NCBI GenBank assembly: GCA_963711835.1
Contig: CAVQFQ010000015.1
Span: 64,001 to 128,000, forward strand
DNA: 64,000 nt
Source of the DNA: an uncultured delta proteobacterium
GTDB lineage: Bacteria; Desulfobacterota; RBG-13-43-22
Reading direction: 5' to 3'
Below the pieces are notes generated by a model, which searched no databases, had not been told where the DNA came from, and worked only from the letters and a program-made list of their open reading frames with translations. Numbering within the stretch: position 1 is the stretch's first letter; every line of letters starts with the position of its first letter. Positions 9,037 to 18,635 of this stretch are shown piece by piece. The translations under genes were made by a program, and so were the position numbers.

Positions 9037-10968
9037 TCAACTGCCGGCGAGCTGAAGCGTTTGCTCCCCTTTATTCTTTTTCCTGAAGTTCAGATAATTG
9101 ATCCCATGCACGACAATTATTATGGCCACTCCGATCAGGCTGGAAATCAGTTCGGGAAAGGCCGTCAGGAGCCCGCCGAGGATGAACAAAGCCGACGAAA
9201 TCAGATTAATATCCCCAACGCCCCAGAGATACCGCTCCAGCGCCGACCCCAGGTAAAAGACGCCGATAACGGCAAAGGAAACCGCCAGAAAGACCTCGGA
9301 CCCGGTCCCATGAGTGAGCAGAGCCGGATTATAGGCGAAGAAAAAAGGGACGATATATTTGATGGCCCCCAGCCGCATGGCCGTCCAGCCGGTCTGCATA
9401 AAGTTGGAGCCGGCCAATCCGGCGGCCGCACTGACACAGAGCGCTACCGGCGGCGTAATCTCGGACAGGACCCCCCAATAAAAGACAAACAGATGGGCCG
9501 CCAGAGGGTCGATGCCCAGGGTGATCAGGGCCGGAGCCATGACAATGGCCAGGAAGACATAGCAGGCCGTGATGGTCATCCCCAGGCCCAAAACAAAACT
9601 GGAAAAGGCCCCGGTCAGGAGGATCAAAAAGGTATTGTCTCCGACCGCCCCTACCAGCTCCGAAGAAAAGGCCAGGGCCACCCCGGTCACCGAAAGCCCG
9701 CCGATAATCAAGCCGGCGCCGGCCAGGATGCCCACCAACTGGGCTGTTACCCGGCCGATATCGGCGATCAGTTCAAGAAATTTCTTCCAGTTCAGCCGGG
9801 TATCTTTTCTGATCATGGCCAACAGGACCAGGACGCCGCTGGCATAATAGGGGGCCTTTCCCTCCCAGTTCATGTAAAGCAGCAAATAGATCAATAAAAG
9901 GATATCCAGGATATAAAACCAGCCGTCTTTCAAGGTCTTCCAGAAGGAGGGCAGTTCACTTTTAGGCAGTCCCTTTAACTTGGCCTTGGCGGCATATCCG
10001 TCCACCTGGACAAAAAGGCCTAAGTAGTAAAGGCAGGCCGGGACAAGAGCCCCGATGGCCACATAGGAATAAGGCACATTGAGAAAATAGGCCATGATGA
10101 AGGCCCCGGCCCCCATAACCGGCGGCATGATCGGGCCGCCGGTGGAGGCGCAGGCCTCAATGGCTGCGGCATAATGGGCCGGAAAGCCCGTACTCTTCAT
10201 GGCCGGGATGGTCATCGCGCCAATGGTCAGGGTATTGGAGGTGGTGCTGCCGCTGATCATGCCGAAAAAGCCGCTGGCCAGGATGCTGATCTTGGCCGCC
10301 CCGCCGCGGGTATGGCCTAAGAGCGATTGGGCCAACTGAAAGAAAAAATTCCCCCCGCCTGTAGCCTGCAGGACTATGCCGAAGACCATGAACCCGATCA
10401 GCAGGGAGCAGACCACGTCGATCGGGATGCCGATGATACCGTTCCGGCCCATGGTGTAGAGCCGGGCCGTGGTCAGGAAATCATAGGATTGGCCCTGCAT
10501 AAAACCGGGCATATAGATGGCAAAAAGAGGATATAGGGAAAGGACCAGACAGGTGATGAGCATGTAAATATCCGTAGATCTCCGCACCGCTTCCATGACT
10601 AAGAACCACATCAACACGCTGAAAAGGGTCGGTAGGGTCGGGGCATCAAATTCCCAACCCAGTTGGATGATATCCATTCCATGAAGGCCGAAATAAATTC
10701 CTGTGACCACGGTCACAACAAAGAGCAGGGCATCATACCAGGGAACCCGGTCCCGGGGAGCCGTCTTCCCCGCCGGAAAAAGGATAAAGACGGACGACAA
10801 ATAAACCGCCAGGATCAAATAAAAATACGAGGTTTCCAGGAGAGTGATCCCGAACAGACTCAGATTGAATAATTGATTGATGGCCAGCAAGATGCCGGCC
10901 GCTGCGAAAAGGGTAAATATTACATTCCAGATCTTGCCCTGCTTTTGAAACCTTTGTATCGCTGCCAT
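9037..10968 (-). CDS. TRAP transporter fused 4TM/12TM permease
   Basis: Highly hydrophobic; RGGAAK, ASTGGPIMPPVMGA and ITPPVA motifs. Confidence 0.92.
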   Translation of the reverse strand: MAAIQRFQKQGKIWNVIFTLFAAAGILLAINQLFNLSLFGITLLETSYFYLILAVYLSSVFILFPAGKTAPRDRVPWYDALLFVVTVVTGIYFGLHGMDIIQLGWEFDAPTLPTLFSVLMWFLVMEAVRRSTDIYMLITCLVLSLYPLFAIYMPGFMQGQSYDFLTTARLYTMGRNGIIGIPIDVVCSLLIGFMVFGIVLQATGGGNFFFQLAQSLLGHTRGGAAKISILASGFFGMISGSTTSNTLTIGAMTIPAMKSTGFPAHYAAAIEACASTGGPIMPPVMGAGAFIMAYFLNVPYSYVAIGALVPACLYYLGLFVQVDGYAAKAKLKGLPKSELPSFWKTLKDGWFYILDILLLIYLLLYMNWEGKAPYYASGVLVLLAMIRKDTRLNWKKFLELIADIGRVTAQLVGILAGAGLIIGGLSVTGVALAFSSELVGAVGDNTFLILLTGAFSSFVLGLGMTITACYVFLAIVMAPALITLGIDPLAAHLFVFYWGVLSEITPPVALCVSAAAGLAGSNFMQTGWTAMRLGAIKYIVPFFFAYNPALLTHGTGSEVFLAVSFAVIGVFYLGSALERYLWGVGDINLISSALFILGGLLTAFPELISSLIGVAIIIVVHGINYLNFRKKNKGEQTLQLAGS

Positions 10969-11053
10969 GTTTTGGTTATCTCGCTTCCTAAAGTTAAATC
11001 ACCCGATCTCCGACAGAGCCGGGGGTTTGATGGTTCGCAAACAAAAAACAGCG

Positions 11054-11125
11054 ACCCCCCATCCCACCCTTCCCCCACGTAGGGGGGAAGGGGTAACTTC
11101 CCCCTTTGAAAGGGGGGGTTGAGAG
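11054..11125. repeat. GC-rich palindromic repeat (CCCCCATCCCACCCTTCCCCC...GGGGGAAGGGG type)
   Basis: Hairpins CCCTTCCCCC-acgt-aGGGGGAAGGG and CCCCCTTT-g-AAAGGGGG; related copies near 24890, 38980 and 56100. Confidence 0.7.
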
Positions 11126-11144
11126 GGATTTGTTGTCACGAAAT

Positions 11145-12299
11145 CTACTCCCCGACCAGCTCACTTTTCATTTTCAGCCAGAAGGCGGGGAATTCCTTCT
11201 CGGGGATCTTTTTCTCCGAAGCTTCCTCTATGGCCTTGCCCCAGGCCTGCTGGATTTTTTTCGACCGGGCGAGTATTTTTTTATTCCACTGCTCATCCTC
11301 CGCCTTCCAAATCCCTTTTTCTTTCAGGTAGCGGATGGCCCCTTCGTGGAAAGGCGCTCCGGCCGGGGTTTTTCCGGCCTTGGCCAGGGCCCAGTCCGAC
11401 ATAACGGGATCGGCGTCCTTATACAGTCCGAAGGTCTCATCCAGGGCCTTGACCAGGGCATAGACTTCGTCGGCGCTGGTCTTAGCGTAGGTTACGATCT
11501 GAGGGTAGTTATAAGCCGGCAATTCCCGGGGCTGTCCTTTCTTCAAACCGGCGCCGCGGTCATCTTTCCCTGGAAAGGTCCAGGGCGCGATTTTTCTGAT
11601 GCGGGCCCAACCCTCTTTATCGGAAGCCGGAAATTCGGGCCAGTAAATCCCCCGTTGGGAGGCTTCCAGTTCATACATGATCGAGGCCGTTGGGATGCCG
11701 ATGGCCGCATCCACCTTGTCTTCGATCAGCCCCTTCAAGGCGGCGGCATAGCTGGGCATTTCCACCTTCTGGACGTCTTTCCAGGTCAATCCGGCAAAGG
11801 CCAAAAAGGCCTCGGCCTTGACATACAGGGTCGGAGAGCCGATGACCCAGGCCACCCTCTTTCCCTTGAAATCGGCCGGGGTTTTGATTTCGGCCTTGGC
11901 AGCGGTCGCCAGGCTGATGACCGAAGGATGCTGGATGATCACCCGCAGGTCTTGTGGTCCCCAGATATAACTGGCAAACTCATAAGTCCCTTCCAGGGCG
12001 AAAAAGGTTTCGTCGGCCAGAAATCCATATTTGGCCGCCCCGGTCTTTAGCGGCGTCAGACGGCCCACAGACGTCCCCGAAGGGAGGATCCTGATTTTGA
12101 CATCGAATTGTTTTTTGAGGGCATTGGCCATCGCCCCGGCCTGAATAAACCCCCCCGAACCAACATCGTAGGAACTCCAGACGATCATCCCCGGCAGCTT
12201 GGCCGGTTTGGCCGGGGCAGCGCTGGCCGGCCCCGCGGTAAGACCTGTAAGCAGTAAACAAAGAAGCAATCCTCGAATACACGTGTTGAAAATTTTCAT
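11145..12299 (-). CDS. TAXI family TRAP solute-binding protein
   Basis: Signal peptide; YDVGSGG and PFHEGAIRYLKEKG motifs; adjacent to the TRAP permease. Confidence 0.9.
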   Translation of the reverse strand: MKIFNTCIRGLLLCLLLTGLTAGPASAAPAKPAKLPGMIVWSSYDVGSGGFIQAGAMANALKKQFDVKIRILPSGTSVGRLTPLKTGAAKYGFLADETFFALEGTYEFASYIWGPQDLRVIIQHPSVISLATAAKAEIKTPADFKGKRVAWVIGSPTLYVKAEAFLAFAGLTWKDVQKVEMPSYAAALKGLIEDKVDAAIGIPTASIMYELEASQRGIYWPEFPASDKEGWARIRKIAPWTFPGKDDRGAGLKKGQPRELPAYNYPQIVTYAKTSADEVYALVKALDETFGLYKDADPVMSDWALAKAGKTPAGAPFHEGAIRYLKEKGIWKAEDEQWNKKILARSKKIQQAWGKAIEEASEKKIPEKEFPAFWLKMKSELVGE

Positions 12300-12465
12300 G
12301 CCTTACACCTCCGACGCAAGATATTTAAAAGATTTATGTTTAGGTTTAATCTCCGGCTCTCAGGCCGCAAAAAGGGCTATCCCTGATTAGGATGTACTGA
12401 ACCTCACCACCTTTCTTTTCCGGATTACAGACGCCTCGGGATCAAACGGCTTCCTGACCGATAGG

Positions 12466-12567
12466 CGGCACAACCTTGAAATTTTGCCCCCTGAAGTCCT
12501 TTGGGGTGATTTAAGATTTTAAGAGGCTTCCCCTTCGGTTTGAGAATCACATAACTTTGAAACTATC
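12466..12567 (-). repeat. Nested inverted-repeat element, half copy 5 (left arms only)
   Basis: Reverse complement of 12531-12567 matches 8674-8710 at 34/37 nt; 12466-12499 resembles the inner arm. Core and right arms not recognisable. Confidence 0.8.
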
Positions 12568-12568
12568 C

Positions 12569-13720
12569 CTATTTTAAAAGCTCCCGGGCTATAATCAATT
12601 TTTGGATTTCGGAGGTACCGCCGCCTATCTCCAACATTTTGGCGTCCCTCAGATAGCGCTCCACCGGATATTCCCGCATATACCCATAACCGCCAAAAAT
12701 CTGAATAGCCTTCAGCCCGGCCTGAACGCTCATTTCCGAGGCACAATATTTTGCCATAGCGGCTTCCTTGGTCAATTTAACCCCTTGGTCCACCAGAGGA
12801 CATAAGGCATAGGTAAACTGGCGCACCAGATCCAAACGGGCGGCCATCTCGGCCAGCATGTCCTGGACTAATTGAAAAGAAGCAATCGCTTTCCCGAACT
12901 GGACCCGCTCCTTGGCATATTTAATGGAAGCCTCCAGGCAGGCCTGGGCGATCCCGATCCCCGTAGAAGCCCCCAGGATCCGCTCCTCATCCAGCACCTC
13001 AAAAAGAAGCTGGAAACCTTCTCCTTCCCGGCCTACAATCTGGGTCTTTGGAACCGAGGCATTATCCAAAAATACCTCGCCGGTGGGCGAACAGCGCATC
13101 CCCATCTTCTTGAACGGCTTTCCCGTAGAAAGGCCCTTCATCCCCTTTTCCAGGATGAACAGGGAGCCCCCTCGGGCGCCCCGGCTGCCCTGTTTGCGGG
13201 CCAGGAGAATAAAATAATCGGCGATCGGGGCATTGGTGATAAAGGTTTTGGAGCCGTTAAGCAGGCGATAGTCCCCTTCCTGGCGATAATTGGTTTTCAA
13301 AGAAAGGGCATCCGACCCGGCCTCCGGTTCGGTCAGGCAGAAGGCCGCCAGCGCATCGCCCCGGATAACCGGAGGGATGTAGCGCCTTTTCTGGTCCTCG
13401 GTCCCGTACTTGGAAATAAAATAACAAAAATTGGTGGTGCACATATTGACCGACATACCGAAACCGGCCGCCACTCGGCAAAACTCCTCCTTAATTAGGG
13501 CATTGGTCAGGAGATCGGCCCCGCCTCCCCCGTACTCGGCCGGAATGGTCGAACCGATCAGCCCCTGTTCTCCGGCCTTTTTAAAGACTTCGATCGGGAA
13601 CCTTTCCTCTTCGTCGATTTCATGGGCAATCGGCCCCAATTCGTTTTCAGCGAATTTCCGGGCCGTTTCCCGGACCATGCGGTGTTCGTCGGAAAGCAGC
13701 CTGTCCAGCAGTATTTTCAT
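12569..13720 (-). CDS. Acyl-CoA dehydrogenase
   Basis: CLTEPEAGSD, NGSKTFITN, QIFGGYGY and EIGGGTSEIQ motifs. Confidence 0.95.
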   Translation of the reverse strand: MKILLDRLLSDEHRMVRETARKFAENELGPIAHEIDEEERFPIEVFKKAGEQGLIGSTIPAEYGGGGADLLTNALIKEEFCRVAAGFGMSVNMCTTNFCYFISKYGTEDQKRRYIPPVIRGDALAAFCLTEPEAGSDALSLKTNYRQEGDYRLLNGSKTFITNAPIADYFILLARKQGSRGARGGSLFILEKGMKGLSTGKPFKKMGMRCSPTGEVFLDNASVPKTQIVGREGEGFQLLFEVLDEERILGASTGIGIAQACLEASIKYAKERVQFGKAIASFQLVQDMLAEMAARLDLVRQFTYALCPLVDQGVKLTKEAAMAKYCASEMSVQAGLKAIQIFGGYGYMREYPVERYLRDAKMLEIGGGTSEIQKLIIARELLK

Positions 13721-13830
13721 GTTGAATGGTTTCCTTTTTTATCTGTGTGAGTCTTCGTCAACTTATTATTTTATTCCCGGGCCGCCGTTCCCGTCAAAGA
13801 CTTTTTTGGTCTTTATTTTCCCCGAAGGGC

Positions 13831-15027
13831 TTAGCTGAAAATTCCTTCCCGGACCATGGTCAGGTAGTCTTCCTCGGAATAACCCAATCCAAGAATGATC
13901 TCCCGGGTGTGCGTTCCCGAAGGAACTCCGACCAAGGGGCGTTCCTGCCCGGTCTGCGAGAATTTAATGGGATTGGCCATCTGTTTGATCTTCCCACCCT
14001 CCGGAAGATCCAGGTCAATGACCATCCGGCGGGCCTGGGCCAGTTCGCTGTTCAAGGCTTCCCCAAGACCGAGCACCGGTTCCACACAGGCATCCGCCTC
14101 CTGGAAGAGTTCGGCCCACTCGTCTCTGGTCTTAGATTTAAAAAGGTCGCGGATTTCCGACTTGACCCGCTGGACATCCTTCGGCCCGATACCGCCGGAT
14201 ACCAGATCAGGCCGGTTGATCTTTTCACAAAAGGCTTTGAAAAACTGGGGTTCCAATCCTCCCAGACTCATATAGTGGCCGTCTTTCGTTTCATAAAAAT
14301 CATAGAGGGATCCCCCGTTCAGGCGTTCCCCTCCCCGAGCCGGCTCCTTCCCGTCCAGGAGAAAGGAGGTCCCGTGGAGGACGTTAAAGGCCATCACGCC
14401 GTCGGTCATGGAGATATCGATCTGCTGTCCGGCCCCGGTTTCCCTTCGGTTGATAACGGCCGCCAGTATCCCGATTACGGCATTGAGCGAACCGGCGGCC
14501 AGATCCGCGATCTGCATCCCCATCAAGGACGGTCCCGTGTCTTTCCGGCCCGAATAAGACAACAATCCGGAGAGGGAAAGATAGTTGATGTCATGGCCGG
14601 CTCTCCGGCTCAGGGGTCCGGATTGCCCATAGCCGGTCAGCGCGCAATAAATGACGGCCGGATTCACTTGTTTCAGGCTTTCATAATCCAACCCGAATTT
14701 GGCCATGACCCCCGGCCGGTACTGTTCAATGACAATATCGTAATCCGCAACCAGCCGGTGAATAATTTCCACGGCCCGGGGGGTCTTCAGATTTAAATGC
14801 AGGGTCTGTTTGCCGCGTCCGAGATAGGCCGAAAAAGCCGAAAGCTTTGTGCCGGGAACAATAGGGGGCCTTTCTTCCAGCGGGTCCGGTCTTGATCCTG
14901 AAGAGACGCGCAAAACCTGCGCTCCCATATCGGCGAGGTACAGGGTAGCATAGGGACCCGGCAGGAGCGAGGTAAAATCCAAAATCTTTAATCCCCTCAG
15001 CGGTCCCCGTTTCGATTCGTCAGGCAT
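13831..15027 (-). CDS. CaiB/BaiF family III CoA-transferase (AMACR-like)
   Basis: LLPGPYAT.YLADMGA, GHDINY and ADLAAG motifs. Confidence 0.92.
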   Translation of the reverse strand: MPDESKRGPLRGLKILDFTSLLPGPYATLYLADMGAQVLRVSSGSRPDPLEERPPIVPGTKLSAFSAYLGRGKQTLHLNLKTPRAVEIIHRLVADYDIVIEQYRPGVMAKFGLDYESLKQVNPAVIYCALTGYGQSGPLSRRAGHDINYLSLSGLLSYSGRKDTGPSLMGMQIADLAAGSLNAVIGILAAVINRRETGAGQQIDISMTDGVMAFNVLHGTSFLLDGKEPARGGERLNGGSLYDFYETKDGHYMSLGGLEPQFFKAFCEKINRPDLVSGGIGPKDVQRVKSEIRDLFKSKTRDEWAELFQEADACVEPVLGLGEALNSELAQARRMVIDLDLPEGGKIKQMANPIKFSQTGQERPLVGVPSGTHTREIILGLGYSEEDYLTMVREGIFS

Positions 15028-15028
15028 A

Positions 15029-15490
15029 CTATTTCCTTTCAGGCACCCCTTTTTTCCTGGCCATGAGCGTTGTGGTGCTGCCTGTCTGAACCTTCTCTCC
15101 CTTTTGATTGATCAGTTCTTTTTCAAAAATCAGGATCCCCCGATCCGGTTTGGAGGTCTCCCGCATCTCTTTGACCCGCTGAACCACATGGATGGTATCC
15201 CCGATACGGATGGGCAAATGGAAATTCCAGGTCATGTTCATAAAGGCGATGATGGTGCCTTCCATGATCCCCAGCATCTGGGAAAGTCCGGAGTGGATGA
15301 CAATCCCCAGCATCCCGTGGGCAATCCGCTCCCCAAAGGGGGTCTTCCTGGCGTATTCCAGATCGGTATGGAGCTGATTGGTATCCCAGGACAAGGCGGC
15401 AAAATTGACCACATCGGCTTCGGTAACCGTTCTGGCCTTGGTCACAAATTCCTGGCCTACCTGGAAGTCGTCAAAATACATAGCCGGCAT
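15029..15490 (-). CDS. MaoC-family (R)-specific enoyl-CoA hydratase/dehydratase
   Basis: RTVTEAD...FAALSWDTNQLH...ERIAHG motif. Confidence 0.9.
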   Translation of the reverse strand: MPAMYFDDFQVGQEFVTKARTVTEADVVNFAALSWDTNQLHTDLEYARKTPFGERIAHGMLGIVIHSGLSQMLGIMEGTIIAFMNMTWNFHLPIRIGDTIHVVQRVKEMRETSKPDRGILIFEKELINQKGEKVQTGSTTTLMARKKGVPERK

Positions 15491-15522
15491 AGTTTCATCC
15501 TATAGGTTAAATTAATCCCTCT

Positions 15523-17070
15523 CTATTTGTCCTTTTCGGCCTTCCCATATTTTTCCCGCAAGACCCGCTTCAACACCTTGCCGCCGAAGGTCCCTTTGGG
15601 CAGCTCCTCGACAAATAGGACTGAGGTCGGCTTCTTGTGGCTGGCCAGGTGACCGCGGCAATGGTCGATGACCTCTTCTTCGGTCAATTGAACTCCCTTT
15701 TTCGGCACAATAATGGCCCGAATGGATTCCCCCCATTTGGGATGAGGCACGCCGATAACGACCCCCTCGGCGATGCCGGGGTGGAGAGAAAGCGCCTCTT
15801 CGATATCCTTTGAATACACATTGAGTCCGCCGGTCTTGATCATGTCCTTCAGGCGGTCCACCATATAGAGGTATCCCAGGTCATCGTACTTGCCCAGGTC
15901 GCCGGTATGCAGCCAGCCGCCTCGAAGGGTCCAGGCCGTTTCTTCCGGATGTTTGTAATACCCCTTAAAAACAGTCGGCCCGCGAACGATGATCTCCCCC
16001 ACCTCCCCGACCGGCAGGTCCCGGTCGGCTTCATCGACGATGCGCACCTCGGTACAGATATAAGGCCGCCCGATACTGCCCCATTCCCGCGGGGTGTCCC
16101 AGGGTTTGAGAACCGTAACGGCCGGAGAGGCCTCGGTCAGGGCATAGGAACCGTACAGCTCCCCTTGAGGCCAGAGAACCCTTTCCACTTCTTCCTTAAG
16201 GTCCTGATGCAAAAATCCCTGGCTGCACAACCAGCGTTTCATGGAGGAGGTATCCCGGGGACGCTTCTTCTGGGCCTCCAGGAGCATCCTAAAGATGGTC
16301 GGGTTGGCGGTAATAAAGGTGGTTCTTTCCCGTTCCACCACGTCCAGATAGCGGTCCGGGTCGAAGCCCTTGCTGCCGATAAAGGTTCCCCCGGCCCACA
16401 TATAGGCTAAGAAACGACTCAGGGCCGCAGTATGGTACATCTGCATAGGATAATAGATCTTGTCTTCCGGCATGGGGCTCTGGTTTTCCATGGAAACGCA
16501 GATGTTGTTCCAGACCAGCCCCTTATGGGTCAGAATGGCCCCCTTGGGAGTCCCGGTAGTCCCGCCGGTAAATATGATAAAGGCCTCATCCTCCTCCGCC
16601 AGGTCAACCAGGGGCTCTTGTTCGGTGCTCTTCTGGAGAAGCGCTTCATAACTCTGGGCGAATTTGGGGACTTTTTCCCCCATACAGATAAATTGTCGGA
16701 TCTGAGGCAGCCTGGATCGGATCTCTTCGGCTTTACCCGAAAACTCCTCGTTAAAAATGAGTATCTCAGAATCCGTAAAATCCGCCTGGTAGCAGATTTC
16801 CTCCAAGGTTCCCCTTGAATTCAAGGGAGTGGTTACTACTCCCACTTTTAGGTGGGCCAGATAGACCTCCATTAAGGATAGGCAATTATTGGCCAAAGTG
16901 GCTACGTGCCGTCCCTTGGTACTTCTCATTCCAAGCAAGGCCTGGGCCCAGCGATTCACTCGCCGGTTGAGCTGGTCATAGGTCAGGCCCTTTTCATCAT
17001 CCATGCAGGCTATTTTGTTGGGAAACCTTCTGGCCGACCGGGCGAAGGCTTCGCCAAGAGTCATTTCCAT
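15523..17070 (-). CDS. Acyl-CoA synthetase (AMP-binding)
   Basis: FTGGTTGTPKG, YALTE, HTGD and DRLKDMIKTGG motifs. Confidence 0.93.
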   Translation of the reverse strand: MEMTLGEAFARSARRFPNKIACMDDEKGLTYDQLNRRVNRWAQALLGMRSTKGRHVATLANNCLSLMEVYLAHLKVGVVTTPLNSRGTLEEICYQADFTDSEILIFNEEFSGKAEEIRSRLPQIRQFICMGEKVPKFAQSYEALLQKSTEQEPLVDLAEEDEAFIIFTGGTTGTPKGAILTHKGLVWNNICVSMENQSPMPEDKIYYPMQMYHTAALSRFLAYMWAGGTFIGSKGFDPDRYLDVVERERTTFITANPTIFRMLLEAQKKRPRDTSSMKRWLCSQGFLHQDLKEEVERVLWPQGELYGSYALTEASPAVTVLKPWDTPREWGSIGRPYICTEVRIVDEADRDLPVGEVGEIIVRGPTVFKGYYKHPEETAWTLRGGWLHTGDLGKYDDLGYLYMVDRLKDMIKTGGLNVYSKDIEEALSLHPGIAEGVVIGVPHPKWGESIRAIIVPKKGVQLTEEEVIDHCRGHLASHKKPTSVLFVEELPKGTFGGKVLKRVLREKYGKAEKDK

Positions 17071-17112
17071 GACAACATCTCCTCTTACGCTATCAGCTAT
17101 CTGTTTAACGAT

Positions 17113-17952
17113 TTATTTATTTAATAATGGTAATAGATTCCTGGCCTCCTCCACGCTCGCCACCTCGTGACCCAGTTCCCTTATGATTCGGGTCGCTTTT
17201 TCCACCAGTTCGGCATTGCTCCTGGCCAAAACCCCTTTGGACAAATACAGGTTATCTTCGAAACCCACCCGCAGGCTGCCCCCCAGAAGAACGCCCATAA
17301 TCCCCATGGGGATCTGATGCCGTCCGATGCCGATGGCCTGCCAGGTGTAATCAGAGGGGAGACTTTCCTTCAGGGCTAAAAGATTTTTAAAAGTGGCCGG
17401 GATGCCGCCCATGACGCCCAGGACAAAACTCATCTGATAAGGCGGATCCAGAATCCCGGCCTGCCGGATCCAGAAATCCACATTCTGGATCATCGACAGA
17501 TCGTAGATTTCAAATTCCGGCATGACCTTCAGCTCTTTCATCCGCCGGGCGTACTGTTCCAGCATATCCGGGGTGTTGGGAAAAAGCTTGCGGCCGAAAT
17601 TCATGGAACCGGCATTCAGGGAGGCCGAATCGGGTCTCAGCTCTTCAACCGGTTTTAAGCGGTCTTCCGCCGAAAGGCCCAGGGTCGTGGCGCCGCCTCC
17701 GGTCGTGATCTGGGTGAGGATGGGACAGGCCGCCCGGATGGCCGAAAGGGTCTCGCGAAAAACGGCGGGGTCCGAAGTGGGTTCCCCGGTATCCGGGTTC
17801 CGGGCATGAAGGTGAACCACGGAAGCCCCGGCTTCATAAGCCCGCCGGGTTTCCTCAGCCACCTCATCGGCGGTGATAGGAAGATGGGGGTTATCCTTGC
17901 GGGTCGGGATACTCCCGGTCGGCGCCACCGTAATGATGACTTTGCGTCCCAT
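17113..17952 (-). CDS. Beta-keto acid cleavage enzyme (BKACE/Kce, DUF849)
   Basis: IITVAPTG, HLHAR and RVGFED motifs. Confidence 0.92.
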   Translation of the reverse strand: MGRKVIITVAPTGSIPTRKDNPHLPITADEVAEETRRAYEAGASVVHLHARNPDTGEPTSDPAVFRETLSAIRAACPILTQITTGGGATTLGLSAEDRLKPVEELRPDSASLNAGSMNFGRKLFPNTPDMLEQYARRMKELKVMPEFEIYDLSMIQNVDFWIRQAGILDPPYQMSFVLGVMGGIPATFKNLLALKESLPSDYTWQAIGIGRHQIPMGIMGVLLGGSLRVGFEDNLYLSKGVLARSNAELVEKATRIIRELGHEVASVEEARNLLPLLNK

Positions 17953-17974
17953 AGGGATCCTCCTTTAATTTACT

Positions 17975-18074
17975 GATACTGGATACTGGATACTGGATGA
18001 AAACAAAAAACGATACTGGATACAGGATAAAAAACAAGACCTGCCTTTTCCTTTTTCATCCAGTATCCAGTATC
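17975..18074. repeat. Heptamer (GATACTG)n array with an inverted partner
   Basis: GATACTG tandem units at left, CAGTATC units at right; related array at 54881-55028. Confidence 0.8.
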
Positions 18075-18086
18075 AATTAGTCCGAG

Positions 18087-18635
18087 CTAAGAATCAATCG
18101 GTTGAAAATAGAAATCCGTAATGGTTCCGTGTCGTTCTTCCCGGAAGACCGCCCGGACCCGGGTGCCGACCTTGATCTTGGCCACGTCCTCCACCTCCAT
18201 GTTGGTCATCATCAGAAAATGACTGCCGTCGAGTTGGACATAGGCGCAGACAAAAGGCACTTTTTTAATAAAGGAGCTGGTCGTGTAGTACTGGACCGTA
18301 AAGGCCTTGATGATGCCGGTTCCTTCCAGGGGGACCCACTCGGTGGGCTGGTAGCACAGGGAACAATGGCCCCGGGGCGGGCAATAGACCTTGCTGCATT
18401 CGGGGCATCGGGCCCCGTAGATTTTTTTATTTTCCCGGATTTCCCGAAAAAACCGGGACTGCTGCCCATAGGAATATTTGTAAAGGACTTCCATCTTGTC
18501 CGGGATCTGGAGCGGCTGGTCCATGGCTATGCGGCCCGATAATTCCTCTTCGAACTCCCGCTTCAGATACTCCACCGGAATCCCATATTTTTCATGATGG
18601 TAGCGATACCACTTCTCTCGTTCCTGCTCGTTCAT
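18087..18635 (-). CDS. Zn-ribbon/OB-fold DUF35 protein
   Basis: CPEC...PPRGHCSLC followed by an OB fold; ATGA overlap with the thiolase-fold gene. Confidence 0.9.
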   Translation of the reverse strand: MNEQEREKWYRYHHEKYGIPVEYLKREFEEELSGRIAMDQPLQIPDKMEVLYKYSYGQQSRFFREIRENKKIYGARCPECSKVYCPPRGHCSLCYQPTEWVPLEGTGIIKAFTVQYYTTSSFIKKVPFVCAYVQLDGSHFLMMTNMEVEDVAKIKVGTRVRAVFREERHGTITDFYFQPIDS

